Shown: positions 23,310 to 36,894 of the stretch, piece after piece | Layout of the letters: each line of letters starts with the position of its first letter | Numbering within the stretch: the first letter of the stretch is position 1 | Assembly (NCBI GenBank): GCA_030295235.1 | Contig: AP026124.1 | Coordinates: forward strand, 310,001-374,000 | DNA length: 64,000 bases | Direction of reading: 5' to 3' | Source of the DNA: Fistulifera solaris | Taxonomy: Eukaryota | Program-made: the position numbers and the translations under genes | Notes under the pieces: model-generated | Told to the model about the DNA's origin: nothing | Seen by the model: only the letters and a program-made list of their open reading frames with translations | Database searches by the model: none

Positions 23310-25237
23310 ATGGTGCTTAACATGCATGTCGCCGCGGATACATACGATGAAAAGTTCTTCAACAAGTGGATGAATACATTGAAGAAATCTCTTGTTAGCC
23401 GGCTCCCTCAACCGGACCTAGCCTTCACTTCGGCTTGCAATTCTGTTAATCTTTGTCAGCAAGCGCTATCTTCTGCACAGTCAGCAGTTGTGGATATTGA
23501 GAAAAATTATCCGAACGACAAAGCATTTCTCGAAAAAGCCAAAGCTCTCGTTGAGAAAGAATCGAAAGTCTTAGATGAAGCCATAATGGTTTGCCAAACC
23601 ACAGCCAAAAGCGTTTTAGATCAAGATACAACATTACAGATCCTGCTGGGGAGCAAGTATGATGATTCAGATCTTGTGACATTTACGGTTTTGAAACAGG
23701 CAGGCACCAAAAAGCTGGCCAGCTGGTGTACCAGAGGAAATGCCGAATTATCGGAGCTCATGGATTTTCTAAAGGATCCTGCACAAATACGCCTCTATCT
23801 TCAAGCCGGCGGGGCTCGCAATGGGGAATATGGTCGTGCTGTACAAATTTTCCGTCAGTTGACTCGTAGCTTTCCTCACCCGGCGAACGACGTGATTACG
23901 CGGCTGGCTTTAGCCGTAGCGCTCGAGTTATGCTCGCCTTTGACTCGATTTGGTACATCTCAGTTGATTGACCCCATCCAGCGATTTATCCACTATGAGC
24001 AAGCTTATCTGTTTGGAGAACTGGACCCTGCGTTTCAACATTTCCAGGTGTGGGAATTGCGCGGAGTTGTGGACTCGGATGCGTCAAATGAAGAGCTTGG
24101 TTGGGGTAGGGAATGTCTTTTGAACTTTCGTCCCGATATTGCTTTTTCAGACGACCCGAAATGGCGATATTGTGAGATTGTGCGAAGTGATGTGACCTAT
24201 AAAGCACCCGAATGGTACAAGTCACCAAAATCGTACGACCAAATATTGTCCGGTGGGGGGAAATGCGGACCGAGGGCTTGGTACGGCCGCTTTATTTGCA
24301 AAGCATTCGGAATACCTACCTGGGGATTGAAGCAAGTCGGACACGCTGCGGTACGTTACCTACAAGGTTGCTTGATAATATGAACACGCTTCTCACCGGA
24401 GCGATCCCCTTTCAGATCTCGCGATGGACAACAAAGGGCTGGACAACATGTTTAGGTGGCGATTTCAAATGGACATACTGGGAGGAACGAAGCGGACTTG
24501 ACTTCCAATTAGAAACACAAGCTCGATATGCTTTAAATAACAACGAAGCTTCCTATCTGGAAAAAGTGGCAAGGTTGGAACTAATTGGTTTCTTGAATGG
24601 CGAAGATACTCGATCAATAAGGATGCAACTTATTCCGACAGCATCAACCTATTGGACATCTCTGGCTCTTTTTCAAAGAAGGATTCTTAAAAGCGTACAA
24701 CGGACTCTTCCCGTACTTCAATATTCTGCAACTTCAGGTATTTCCAAATCGATACGCAAACGCCAAGACTATCCTCGTGGAAATGGCATGGTTGGCGCGG
24801 ACAGCGTGAATGGTACAGTCATAATACCAGCCGCGCCAACATGCTACCCACCAAAGGAAACGAAAACAGTAAAATTCCTCGATAGCGTTCTTGGAGGAAA
24901 GCAACTATTGATGATCGGCAGTGGTTCTATAACCTACGATCTTCCACTTGATAGGCTTTCGCAATCAAGAGAATACTCGTTACAACTGCGAGTCTGCACT
25001 ATACATCGTCACGAAGAACCTTTTGTTGTCACAATAACTTCTTTTACTGCGAATGGGGATGTAAACGACGAGCAGCAGGCCTCCATTGATATACCGTATA
25101 CAGTGGGAATGTGGGAAGAAACAAAGCAAGTCATTGTTAGGATCGGTGGGTTTGAGATTGTGTCCGTACAACTAAAGATCACGCGACAATCGTCTCAGGG
25201 TTTATCAATCAAGGATATCAAGCTCGTTTCTTCTTAA
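23310..25237 (+). CDS. Hypothetical ~620-aa protein with a transglutaminase/papain-like Cys-His core and a C-terminal beta-rich domain
   Basis: Two ORFs joined in frame by the GT-AG intron 24351-24415; motif GGKCGPRAWYGRFICKAFGIPTWGLKQVGHAA. Confidence 0.75.
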
Positions 25238-26256
25238 AAGTGACCCAGGTTCGCTGAACGTCGCTGTTTCATTAGTAGACCAGCGGTCTATGCTAATCCT
25301 ACAACTGGTCACTTGGAAATAATGATTGGATTTCAAATGTTATATATATTGCAAATAGCGTTACCAACGCTGATGTTCCACTCCACATAAAGGTATCAGG
25401 CGAACGCACACCGTCGGAAGTTGTTGTGACTGTGAGCGTTATGCCACAGGAGATTCTGGTGCCATTGGCGCTATAGTCACCGGGGACTCAGCAACTCGGT
25501 GACGAAGCGTTGGAGAATTTCTGATACCTTTCGCAATTGAGACTTCGATTAAAGCAGACGATTGAATTCAATGGAATACCACCCGTACCATCAATAACGA
25601 CATGACCTATCCACTAACGTGCCTTCCTGAGAGGTTTCATGTATCTTTCGATATCCAGCCCGACTATGTTCGGCCAAGCTCGTCATTCCATGCTTTACCT
25701 CCACTTCAACGAACTCACAAGATATTCTAGTCGCATGATCCTTTAGAACGTGCACTTACAATTTTGGATTTCCTACCAGATATTTGACATTAACAAAAAC
25801 GGTAGATTTCAAATGATTGGGGTTGTGGCGACAGCTTGAGTGTCGGCCCTCTTTGTTGAGTTCCGACGTTGGCGGCCGCGTCGCAATCAATACGAAGAGA
25901 TCAAGAGCTATGCATTGAGTTTTCCAAATTTGACTCAGCCACCGACGGCAGAGGACGGTCATCAGAGCGACTTTAATGGTAATCAAAATCGCCAGGACGG
26001 GAAATCATTTCGAGGTCTAGGGCGCTTCACGTCCTGTTTTGTAGTGCTAAATCCTTTGGGCCTAACGACTCGTACTGCATAGGCTCACCGTTTCAAGAAA
26101 GTAGGCGTGTATTGGAAAAGAAAGATGTAATTATAAATGTTACAAAGTCCCGTACAGAGAAAACTATAATCCTGTCGAGCAACGTCCAAGATAACATAAC
26201 ATAGATATGATGACTGCGCTGAGCTCTGCATGCCATAAAATTCTTCATAGTCTCCA

Positions 26257-27390
26257 TTACTTGTGAATGTAGCTGCTGAACATGGATTGAAGGAATGTCT
26301 TGTTCACCTCTTGTGTTTTCACATTTTTACTTGGCGAATCTGTAAAGCCAAAGAAGTTCTTGCTTTTTTGGATGAAATCTAGTTCCACAGGCGGCGTGCG
26401 GGGAACTCTAGATCGTCCTCTTGTATGCTTGTCGCTTGCATTGAGGTCCTCGCTGCCAATAGAATCATCATCGTATCCATCAAATAGACCTTTGTAATTG
26501 CACGCGCTTATTTGATAAACAGCCCCTGCTAATGCAGCTAGTGCATCAATGTCCGAATAATCTTCAATAGTCCCATCTGAGATAACCGACGCAAAATCTG
26601 ATGCTTCATCCTCAACATCAGACTCACTACCATCGAATCTGGAATGCTCACCATCGGTGTCAAGTAGTGAAACGTTTCGCGACCCTTCCTCTTCGAAATC
26701 GGAAGAATAATCCGAGTTGGCCCTTGGAGATATCATGGGAGATTTATTCGCTCCAAATTTGGCCATCAATTCAGTCACTCGGGAAGCGGAAGGACTTGTC
26801 AGGGCGATTTGGGCATTCAAACCTGTGTCGGCTGATTCGATGCACGGGAAACCTTTAGGGACTGCCACTGCTGTCCATTCATAATCGTCATATTGTTCAT
26901 CTACATCATAGTACACTGGGTCTATCGCATTTTTTGATTCGAATGAAACAGGCTCTTGGAAATGCGGGTTTGATCGCTCTATTTCAGACTGATCTTGCGA
27001 AGAAAATGTTTCCGTCAAAGTGGTGAAAGTATTCTCTTCTTGCTTGTGGATATTGTCTTCATTTTCAAAAGACTTTCGCTTCCATGTTGTGACGTCTTTT
27101 TTCCTTCCTCTTTTGAGAAACTTCATGTTGAGTTTATTCGAGGTTTGTTTGATTTTGTCCAAAAGCTTGAATGAGTTCTTGGACGAACCAACTGATTCTT
27201 CATCGGACTCACAATCTGTATGGTCTGAATACGAAGATCCCGATGAAGAGTAAGAAGTCGACCTTTCATCATCCAGCAAGTGATTATTGAGCTGGTCGTT
27301 TGAAACAGAACTGTCGCTCGAAGCGGTTTCACTGGATGACGATGACAGCGGCTGGTCCAAAGATGCGGTGTCAAGTTCTACTACCGGCAT
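26257..27390 (-). CDS. Hypothetical acidic Ser/Asp-rich disordered protein
   Basis: 377-aa ATG ORF; no recognisable domain. Confidence 0.65.
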   Translation of the reverse strand: MPVVELDTASLDQPLSSSSSETASSDSSVSNDQLNNHLLDDERSTSYSSSGSSYSDHTDCESDEESVGSSKNSFKLLDKIKQTSNKLNMKFLKRGRKKDVTTWKRKSFENEDNIHKQEENTFTTLTETFSSQDQSEIERSNPHFQEPVSFESKNAIDPVYYDVDEQYDDYEWTAVAVPKGFPCIESADTGLNAQIALTSPSASRVTELMAKFGANKSPMISPRANSDYSSDFEEEGSRNVSLLDTDGEHSRFDGSESDVEDEASDFASVISDGTIEDYSDIDALAALAGAVYQISACNYKGLFDGYDDDSIGSEDLNASDKHTRGRSRVPRTPPVELDFIQKSKNFFGFTDSPSKNVKTQEVNKTFLQSMFSSYIHK

Positions 27391-28127
27391 TGGTGTATGC
27401 TTGATAATTTTAAAGTGCTCTCTCTTGCTATGCTAGCAATGATTTTTGGTTGAATGTTTGAATGTTGATTGCTTTGCGTAGTCAACGATGGTGAAATCGA
27501 TAGAATAAGAAAAAAATGAGCGATAGGATTGTTTCTTCGTACTTTCGCGAGCTCGTCAAGCTTACTCTCCGGGAGATCAAAACACAAAATTTACAAAAGT
27601 AATGTCTGTTGAAGTCAGAGCAATATTTTTATAATGTAAATAGCCCCTAAAAATATTTTTACATAGAAGCAAGGGTGTTTTCCCGTTACCATTTTTTCTT
27701 TTATGCCAGCGTTCTTGAATTCGATGCGACATTCATGCGACATCCTTCTAAACGGCGTTAAAATTCTGGCTCGGACGCTACGGTACGTAGTACGGTAGAA
27801 TCTTGCTTTCTGAAAGTGGAACCCTAGTCGATAGTTTTTAGGTTCTGAAGATTAAATTGGATAGAAGAGCAAGTAAGTCACTTGAGTAATCTACCCATGA
27901 AAAATCGTTTTCCAGAAAGTTAATTAACAAGTGTAAAGAAAAATTCAAGGTTTAGCGATGAAATCATTGTCATTAGGTTGGAGCGAGACACTTCGCAGCG
28001 ACTAAAAAAGTACATTTTGGCCGTAGCTATACAATACTATCGAAAAAATGGAGGTGAATAGTGAGGTGGACGAAAGAATAAGTGACTATCGCTACATATT
28101 GAAGCAAAGCTACTTTTCTATCTAGGT

Positions 28128-29438
28128 TTAAGCAAGCTGTTCGCGGATGGTGGGAGTCAAATACTCAGCAACTCGGAGAGTTTCGACAGCAATATCAATT
28201 GTGGCGACACCTGTGGCTTCGACTCCATTCGCACAAAAATTGGCGACACGCTCCTTCACCGTGATATAGTCGGGATCCTGACTGAAAAAGTAAGGCTGCG
28301 CATATGATGTAAGAAGAATTGATTAACAAAGAAAAGGAATCGCCATTGACTGCCAACAATAGCACTTACCATAGCACCGGGATATTCATTCTCGAGAACA
28401 GAAACGTTTGCCTTGTCCTCTTCGTCGGGCATGGAATGACGGAAGACTTCCAGTCCATCCTTTTCAACTTTTGCGTAAGAAGTGTCTCCGCCGCATCGGT
28501 CGGCCTGTACGGACACTTCTTTACCAGTCTTTGTTTTGATAGTGAATTTGACCTTGTCGAAATCCGTAAACTCTTTTCCACTTGGACCCGTCAAAGTCTG
28601 ACTTGAGCTGAATTCTTTGTCGGCGACACACTCGGCAATATTTTCCACGGTCACATCAAAGAAAGACACCAACAACGCAATTTCGTGAATCGCCATGTTC
28701 TTGAGCATACCCTCAGCATTACGTTCAAAGCATTCTCCAAGCGACTCCTTTGTGTTTTCGTAAGTATTATTAGAAACAAAGGTGATGACACCTCCGTTCT
28801 CCGCTTGATATTCACGAGCCTTGCGAACGTACTTGCACACATTCTTATTGTAGCCCATGAGCACACTGACACCAGCAGCAGCGGCTTCATCACGCATCGC
28901 GGCCAACTCGGTCACAGTGGGGGCACCAGGTTTCTCAAGGTAGATGCAGCTGCAGCCGGCCTATAATTTTGTCTCAAGTCAGAAACAGCAAATCATACAA
29001 CAACGATTGCGATGACAACAGTACTTACCTTAATGCAATCACCGAGAAGCTTTGGGTTATCTGCTGTGCGTCCTGAAATAAGAGCAAGGCGTTTCTTTCC
29101 TTCTGCAACTGCAGGAAGATCGGCGACAGAGCTAAGGAATTGCACACCATGATCTGTGGTCGCCTTTTCCGCAAATTCTTTGAATTCAGGACCACCGGGA
29201 CCCGATGCACCTGTCAAGTATGAGTGAGAGGGATGAGTTAAGAACATCCCCATAGTTTTTATCCTAATAAGAACTTACCAGCACCTAGAAACCAGGGTTC
29301 AACGACGAAGCAGAGCTTAGCAGACGGACACTTTCCTTTGAGCATCTGTTCAGCGTGATACCAGCCCATTCCGCGCGAAGGGGCTCCACATCCGACGAGG
29401 ACGACCTCACATTGACCATCTCCAGCGACAGCGACCAT
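28128..29438 (-). CDS. Gfo/Idh/MocA-family NAD(P)-dependent oxidoreductase (4 exons)
   Basis: VVLVGCG..RGMG..H; IYLEKPGA; MGYNK; NMAIHE. GT-AG introns near 29213-29278, 28961-29028 and 28298-28368. Confidence 0.85.
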
Positions 29439-29971
29439 TTTGAATGATTATAAGCTTGAAAAAGTTGACAAGAACGCAAATAAACTCGAAGCGAAGAATG
29501 AAATTTTATGACGAGAATTCCGCATGTGATGTCAAGAGTCAAGACGAAGATGCGATCCGAGATCCACCGAGCGTCTGGTCGTCGTCTTCCGGAAGCATGA
29601 TGCGAAAAAGCCAGACTTTTTACAATGAGGCTGGTTCGGATACAAAATGTAGGCTTCGGTTCTCAAGTTCTGGAAGTTTGTTTTCTTGTTAATCGAACTC
29701 CACCGCGGGCTTGGTTTGTCTAAATCACAGTGTGAATGGAAAGACTATGAGAGAGAGGTACTTGTAATTGTCTTGAGAAGGTCGCGTCGTCATCGATGAC
29801 GGGCGAACACTTGTTGTCAATCGTCGATAATTTGCGAGCTATGGTCAACATCAGAGCATTGAACGGAATCTCTAGGGAGATTTTGTCTTCCGAATACGAG
29901 CGCAAATCAGGTCCACAATGACTATGTAAGTCTCACACACACGATTTAGCTAATGTACTAAATTTGAAGAC

Positions 29972-32179
29972 CTAATCCAAGTCCTGAGTGGAGGCATCGA
30001 CAATGGCTAGTTTCCCGTTGCGAGGCTCCACAGACCACATCTGAATCGAAAGGGAATCCGCAAACTTTTGAGGGACTTTGCGCTCTTGTGGGTTTGTCGT
30101 CATGTTTATGACAACTCCCGGTCGTCCTCCTCTCCCACAACGACCAGCACGATGTGCATAATGAGATGCATCTGTAGGCAGATCCATATTGATCACGTGG
30201 GTCAATAAGGGAGCATCCAATCCACGAGCGGCGAGCTCAGTAGCAACTACGATTCCAACGTAACCTTCACGTAAGGCCTTGCTCACTTCAGAACGATCTG
30301 TCTTCTCGCTTCCAACCCCACCGTGAAGTGGAGCTGCAATGATTCCCATTTCCTCTAGTTTTTCAACCACAATTTTAACTTTGCGGGAGTTTTCAACAAA
30401 AATCAGAATTTGCTGCGGTATAGGATCGGTGTGCAGTATTTTTCGTAAATAGTCGAGCGCAAACCGACGATGAGGAACATGAACCACGCCGTGTATGACA
30501 GTTCGGCTCACTCGCGTCCCCCTCACCAGTAGCCTTACTACCAAAACCTGAGGTTACCATCACATCATTTGAATCAGCCATAGCTGAAGCGTAATCATCT
30601 CGCAGGTAATTCTGAAGCTTTGAAGAGCCGACCAGATCGGAAGCTGTCGCAGAACACAAAACGGATTGCAAAGCGTCTCCTTGGTTCTGCTTCAAACGCT
30701 GAACAAGCGCAGTGGTGGGGTCGCGATGAGCCTTGTACTCCAACAAGGCGTCGCATTCATCCAATACCAACGAGCTAACTTTGCTAATCTTCAACCGTCC
30801 ACTTTTTCTCTCCTGGACGTCCAACGATGAGTTCAGCTAGACGTCCAGGAGTGCCTACGAGGATCGCAGGCTTGTTCTTTCTAATCTGTTCCAAATTTCT
30901 ACTAAACGTCGTCCCTCCAATCGATAACATACATGTGATGTCTGTCCCTTGCAATAGTTCTCTAGCAACACTGACGATCTGACTTGCAAGTTCTCGACCA
31001 GGTGCAACAATTATCGTCTGCACGCTTTTGTCTAGGGACGAACTATTATCCAGAAGTTTCTGCGCCAAGGGAACAAGAAAAGCTAACGTCTTACCACTCC
31101 CTGTGTAAGTCCCGACGAGGACATCCTTTCCTTCAATAATCGATGAACAAGAATTGGTTTGAACGGCGAGCGGGCGAAGACAGCCCATATTTTCCAGGTT
31201 ACGGAGAAGAATAGGTGAGCTGATACCTAAATCCTCCCAACTTTGACTATCTTTTGCCACGTATCGATTGGTCAAGTCCTGTGTCTCTTTGTAGTAATCG
31301 GATGGATCAACACCCAACGATCGAAGAGATTCTTCAAAATTCTTTTCTGCCTGTTTCAGCGTCAAGAAGAGAGGCTTGCCATTCTCATCGAGGAGGGAAA
31401 CCGCTGGGGTTTTCTCCTGGGGTTCTTTCCTTTTAACGTCTGCTTTATTAGCGGTATCGTCTGCTGATATTGATGACTCCGTCGTAACTTTTCGAAAGAA
31501 AAATTCACCCAAGTTATCGTTCCTGCTGAACGTTCCGACTCCTCCAGCGGGCTTCGCTGCAATCAAATCGTCGACGACAATATCATTTTTCGAGGAGCGC
31601 AATCTATCCGGCTCATAACCAACATCTTCCTCGTCGTAATATTCCGTTGTTGACTTGTCTACTTGTTCGACTTGATTCTCTTTCCGTAATCTTTGCTGAT
31701 TCAGTCGAGCACGACGTTCGAGTTTGGCCGTTGTACCCAATCCAACCGGCTGTGTTGCCTCTACTCCTTCACTTTTTTGCCACGGGTCAAGTACGCGTCG
31801 GGCACGAAACTTTGGTACATCACCTTTCACTTTTGTCGACGGATCATTCCATAGTTCTTCTTCGTCATCGTCGTGATCTTTGGCGGTCCATGTATTAAGA
31901 TCAGTGCCCCATCGCGACGCAAGTCGGTCTTCCAATTGTTCAATCGACTTGCTATTCCGCCACATCCGATCTGGATTGTATTCTCGAGCTTTGTTGACTT
32001 CTTCATGAACAGTTTGCGTGAATCGAGGCCCTTTTCGTTTCCTTCCTGGACTGGAAGCCGGTCTCTTTTCGGATGCAAGACAAATAGTGACGCTGACTCG
32101 CGATTTTGGACTCCCCTTGAAACGCGTCCGTCGCGGGGAGCGCTTGCGAGATTGTGAGAAGAATCATCAAGTACTTCAT
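29972..32179 (-). CDS. DEAD-box RNA helicase (DECD), probably plastid-targeted
   Basis: Q motif, TGSGKT, PGRELA.Q, GTPGR, DECD, SAT, ARGLD, HRAGRCGR; N-terminus MKYLMILL...ATDA-F; several 1-nt frameshifts. Confidence 0.9.
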
Positions 32180-32585
32180 TTTTCGTTTGCGTTGCTGTTG
32201 GTCCTCTCGAAACATGCTTCTTAATAGACTAATATATACGGAGTATGGTTAGTTATTAAAATGCCTTGAACGAAATTCGTCTGCTGCGTTTTCCTTTTCT
32301 GCCATTTTGATGGTTGCCAGGATCGGGACTGACAAACGGGACACGATCGATGCTGACAGCTCATCGTCTGACGTCGCCCGCGATTCCCTTCGTCTGTGTC
32401 CCACGTTCCACGTGACAGTAAAAAACTCATTCCCACTAGGATATCGTGGGGCAACGTGTCAGCTGTCAGCCGAATTTCGCACCAGAATTTATTCGTACGG
32501 AAGAAACGGTACTGCCCCCGTTTCGAGACCCGAGGCAAATTTTGCTCGACGACAGCGTTCTCTGTTGTGTTTACAAAATAGCAAC

Positions 32586-34073
32586 ATGAACAACATCAAC
32601 AGCAACGACGAGTCATTCCATACGGGAAAGAATGAGACTACTGACTCGCTAAGTCGAGTAAAACCGCAAAGCGACAAAGCTCCCGCGGAGCCCGAGTTCA
32701 GGTAGGTCGATTCAATCAATAACCAGAAAGTCCCTCAGTCGTGCCGTATTGCCACCTGTCGAAAAAGGTGTTGCACGAATAGTTGCTGCATGTGTTGTAA
32801 AATGCACAAGACTGACGAAATGATGAATATAAGCACTCACCGTCCTTGTTATGCTTGCAGATCGGTTGCTATCGGAATGAGTTCTGGCGTACTAGATTCC
32901 GTAGCTTTTCATTCAAACTATTCTTCGCCCACTAAGTTTGCGACAGACACCGTGAAGGAATCATGTCTAGTTTTGGAAAAGACCACACCGATGGAAAGAG
33001 TTACTGCGGAGCTCATCGAGCAACCAGAAACATACATTCCTGAAACCTGGAAAGTTCCTAAGATTACTCGACCTGGAATGTTCTTTCGCCCCGCAGCAAC
33101 TCACCGGTGTTGTGCTATGGAGCAATTGGATCAGATTTTGGCTCGATCGATTGCCACATTCAAAGAGTTGAGTCTCAAAGTCACGTACCAAGACTCTCCC
33201 GTTCGGGCATGCTGTTATACTATGGAGCAAGTAGAATTTACTGTCAATTTGTGGGAACATCGCAACAATCAAAAGGAATTGATGGTCGAAATCCAGCGCA
33301 CCAGTGGAGACAGTGAGATTTTCTATCGCTATGCGCGGTCTATTTTTGCTGCTCTTTTTGATGGTGCGAGTACGGAGCGTGATGGTGTTGCACTGGCTCC
33401 CTGTTTCAGTTCCCATCACACGAGCAATCTCATGCGACTCTTTGAGCATCAATCGGAAGAGGCGACTCAGGATGTTCTTGCAATTGTAGTCAATTCACTA
33501 TCCTCTCACACGTTCAGTGAAAAACTGATGGCGCTTCAAACCCTGGCGACACTTGTCAATCCAACCACGACTTTACCTTCATCTGCAAAGGAGGTGGCGA
33601 AAGCAGTACTTCTTGGAGAAGGCTCTTCGATGGCTTTAAATGGCAACCGCATTGGGCATGATTTCATTCAGAAGCAATTAATGTGCCTAGTCATTTCCCG
33701 ACGCTGGCTTAATGAAACCAAAGACGGCAATAGATGTCTAGTAGATAAGGCGCAATACTTGGCTCTCGAAATCTTGGCCAATGGAGTGCAGCTGCTAGAG
33801 AACTCGCAAGAAATGAACCGTTTGACAGGTGCCAGCAACGGAAGCCTATTGATTCAGTCGCTTGGCGAACGGATTAAAAACGCAGCAACCGAACCACATG
33901 AAGCGTGTTTGGCCGCTAGAGTATTATGCTGTATCGACCGGCTACAGCCTACAGTCGTTCGTACTCGACTAGGTATTCAGGAGGTGCGCGTCGCTGAGAC
34001 GATTGGGCGCGATTCCCATGCAGCCCTTGAAGTCGAAAGTCAAAAGTTGCGTTTCGCCCTGGAAGTTGCCTAA
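32586..34073 (+). CDS. Hypothetical protein with a KA1/AMPK-C-terminal-like segment followed by a helical (ARM-like) region
   Basis: Intron 32702-32860 joins the frames; VEFTVNLW...MVEIQRTSGDS..FYR resembles KA1-type domains. Confidence 0.6.
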
Positions 34074-34220
34074 CAGTGTTAGATATGCATGCTTAGTACG
34101 TATATAGTAACATATTAGGGAATGCCAATTAGTTCGTTGCGCTGAACGATCTAGGTTTAGTTTTCAAATAAAGGTACTACATGTTGTTCAATTGAGAGTA
34201 CAAAATGCTAAGCTGGCGTA

Positions 34221-36161
34221 TCAATTCGAACCACCCATCTGCTCTATAAACTTGTCTAATTCATCCGAGTGACCTCCCTCAGCAGTGCCTAAAGGAAGAT
34301 CAGTGGGCCTCGCAACATCCAGGATAAGAACGACTCGATCGTAAGAACTGTAGTTAAACGCTCGATGCGTTTTTGAGTCGTCAAAGGCTTGCAAGCGACC
34401 AACCTCATGGGTTTCTACGCAGCCGTCAACCCAAGTGCCACACAACCCTCCCGGGGGCACTTGAAGCGGCAAGTGCACTCGGTACACATAGTTAGCAAGA
34501 TCAGACCTGGGAACAAAGAGCATAAGACATGATCGATGTGAAGCTTCGTGACACCTCAACATGGATCCAACTTACCACCCCGTGTGCGCTTCCAATACAG
34601 ACTCTGGATCTAAACGACTGAAGAGGGCAGTTCGTAGGTGACCGCCGACAACCTTTTTCAAAAGAGCAACTGTCCGAGGGACATGAGCACACGTCAAGGT
34701 AATCCACTTTAGGTTTGTTGGATTATCCGCTGGGAAACAATGACAGAGAGGGAAAACATGCCAAGGAGCCGTTGCGCCGTTATCGGACACCTTATAATGC
34801 TGCTGCTCGGGCCACGCTGTCCACTGGGGAATCGACAAAGCCTCCTGCTGAATGACTTTCAATGAATCAGGTTTTATCAACTTTTCGAGGTACGGAAATT
34901 CATTTAGGGGCTCGATGTAAGGCGGGGACACTAACCGATATTCATAATATGGAATCGGTTCCTTCTCTTCCTCGATAGGAGGGTACGTAACTAACGATTC
35001 CCAGAGACATCCGTTTGGGGCCCTTACCCTCGTCTCAGGGTGAAGACTGCTCAAGTACTCTCTCTCAGGCAGTTTTCGGAAAACAAAAAGTACACAGCTT
35101 TCACGAGGACATAGGTTTTCGAAACTTTGCTGCATCTCATTCCAGGGAAAGTTAAGAGCGTTGACACCGCCCGCGGACTTCAGTGTTGGTAGTTCTGCAG
35201 AAAGCATTGAATATAGGGACCATGATGGACAAATGTCGCTGACACGAAAATATTCCAGTTTCTCTGGAATCGGTTTGGGAAAAACGACGATCGCACAATC
35301 ACCTTCATGCAACAGGGTCCGATGATTGCTGATTGAGTCTTGATTCTCACCTGCTGTGCTGGTCCAAGGCGAAATATGTTCACTGGCTCCTAACACACTG
35401 CGCAAAAAGTGTGCGACCTCTGAATCCGAAGAAAGAGAGAAATTCGTGACAGCCCGAAAGTCAAGCCAATGCACAGCCGGCTTGAAACAAGCTGACTTTA
35501 AGGTACGACGAACTTGGTTATCGATCAGTGGCGGTGTAGCGGAAATATGTTGCAATGCCACCCGCCTTCTTGAAAACGCGGAAGGCACGCGTTGACAAGT
35601 ACACTCCGCATTGCTGTCTTTTACTGATGTCGAATTCCACGCGTAAAAATCGATAGGAATATCGCGTGGTTGCTGATCATCGCATTCCAGTAACCCAAGG
35701 ATTGTTTCCCTTTCTTCTATGAATGGCGTTTGACAGCGTAACCATACCATGTCAGGCCGCCTCAAGTATTTCAAGGGTGTATCCTGATTCGTTGATTTTG
35801 TCATATATTTCTGTAGGCATTTTTCTACCGACCAACAGGATTCGGGGTACGCATTTTTGCGAGTATAATCGACACACGAATTACCTTGAATAGAACTTCC
35901 AACGCATTCTAACTCGAAGTGCGCTTGCTCGCTTTGAAAGCAACAGACGCGTATCTTTTTCATGTTTGAAAAAGATGTTCTCTCCGACTTCGCAACAGCT
36001 CGAGAAGAAGTGTCACGACTACCAAACAGAACCTGTCTTAGTAAAACCGTCTTGATATCATTCTTCGCAAGGAATAGACAAAGCTGAGAAAAGAGATTGG
36101 TGTGTGTGAAAGAAAGGCCAAGGAAGACACCAAAAGTATTCCTTTCTTCTTTCAACAACAA
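34221..36161 (-). CDS. Aspartyl/asparaginyl beta-hydroxylase-like 2OG-Fe(II) oxygenase (C-terminal domain); start uncertain
   Basis: W.VFPL, C..VP.T..LL, ALFSRL.P...LEAHTGW|SDL, RVHLPL.VP, FDDSKTH.A.N...DRVVLILD; intron at about 34507-34576. Confidence 0.85.
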
Positions 36162-36894
36162 AAATGCTCTGGCGGTCGGTGGATAAATCCATTTGTGCCG
36201 CCGTTAGCGTTATGGTTCACTCTCGAAAGGAAACTCTAACCCCTATTGGAGTTTGATGAATGTCCGCGCTGAAACCTGAGACTGGCTGGCGTTCCGATTG
36301 TTTTGACTTTTGGCGCGAAAAAGACCCGTCGAGGAAAACGGGACAGACGACGAGCGGCTCACAAAAACGTAGTGAAGCGGTAGACGGTAAATCCTTATCA
36401 GTGTCTATTTTTGTGTCGCTGTTTGATGCGTTACTCAGGATGCCCATGTTTAAAACGTCGCAGTGTAACAGCTATCATTCCCAAAAACAACATTCTGTCT
36501 TTGTGGCGTTAAAGAAGGTGACGTACTTCCAAGTGCTTCGTCACGCATTTTGTTCTTTGTCATTTTCTGCAACGGCTTAATGCGGGGCCGTGGGCTGTGG
36601 GTCGACCGACGCGGAACGCTTTCCAGCAAAGGGTACACTTCCTTCTATTATCGTTTTGTTATTCCGATTATGTTACTCTTTTTGAATGCATTCCCACGCC
36701 AGCCCTCCTCTCTATTACGAGGAACTGTGTTCGCAACTGGCAGGGTTGCCGGTGTGAGGACAGGGATGCTTCCCTTGGAATGGCAGGCATACGATCGAAA
36801 ATCGAGAGATGCGACTTTTTCGAGAGGCTTCTCTTCTTTCCAATCCCCGGTTGCCACAGAAAAAACGTGACAAAGAATATCTTTTATACAAACC

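Noticed and set aside
25271..25297. Hairpin ATTAGTAGACC-AGC-GGTCTATGCTAAT downstream of the 23310 gene
   Set aside because: A single short imperfect stem without further support; may be chance.
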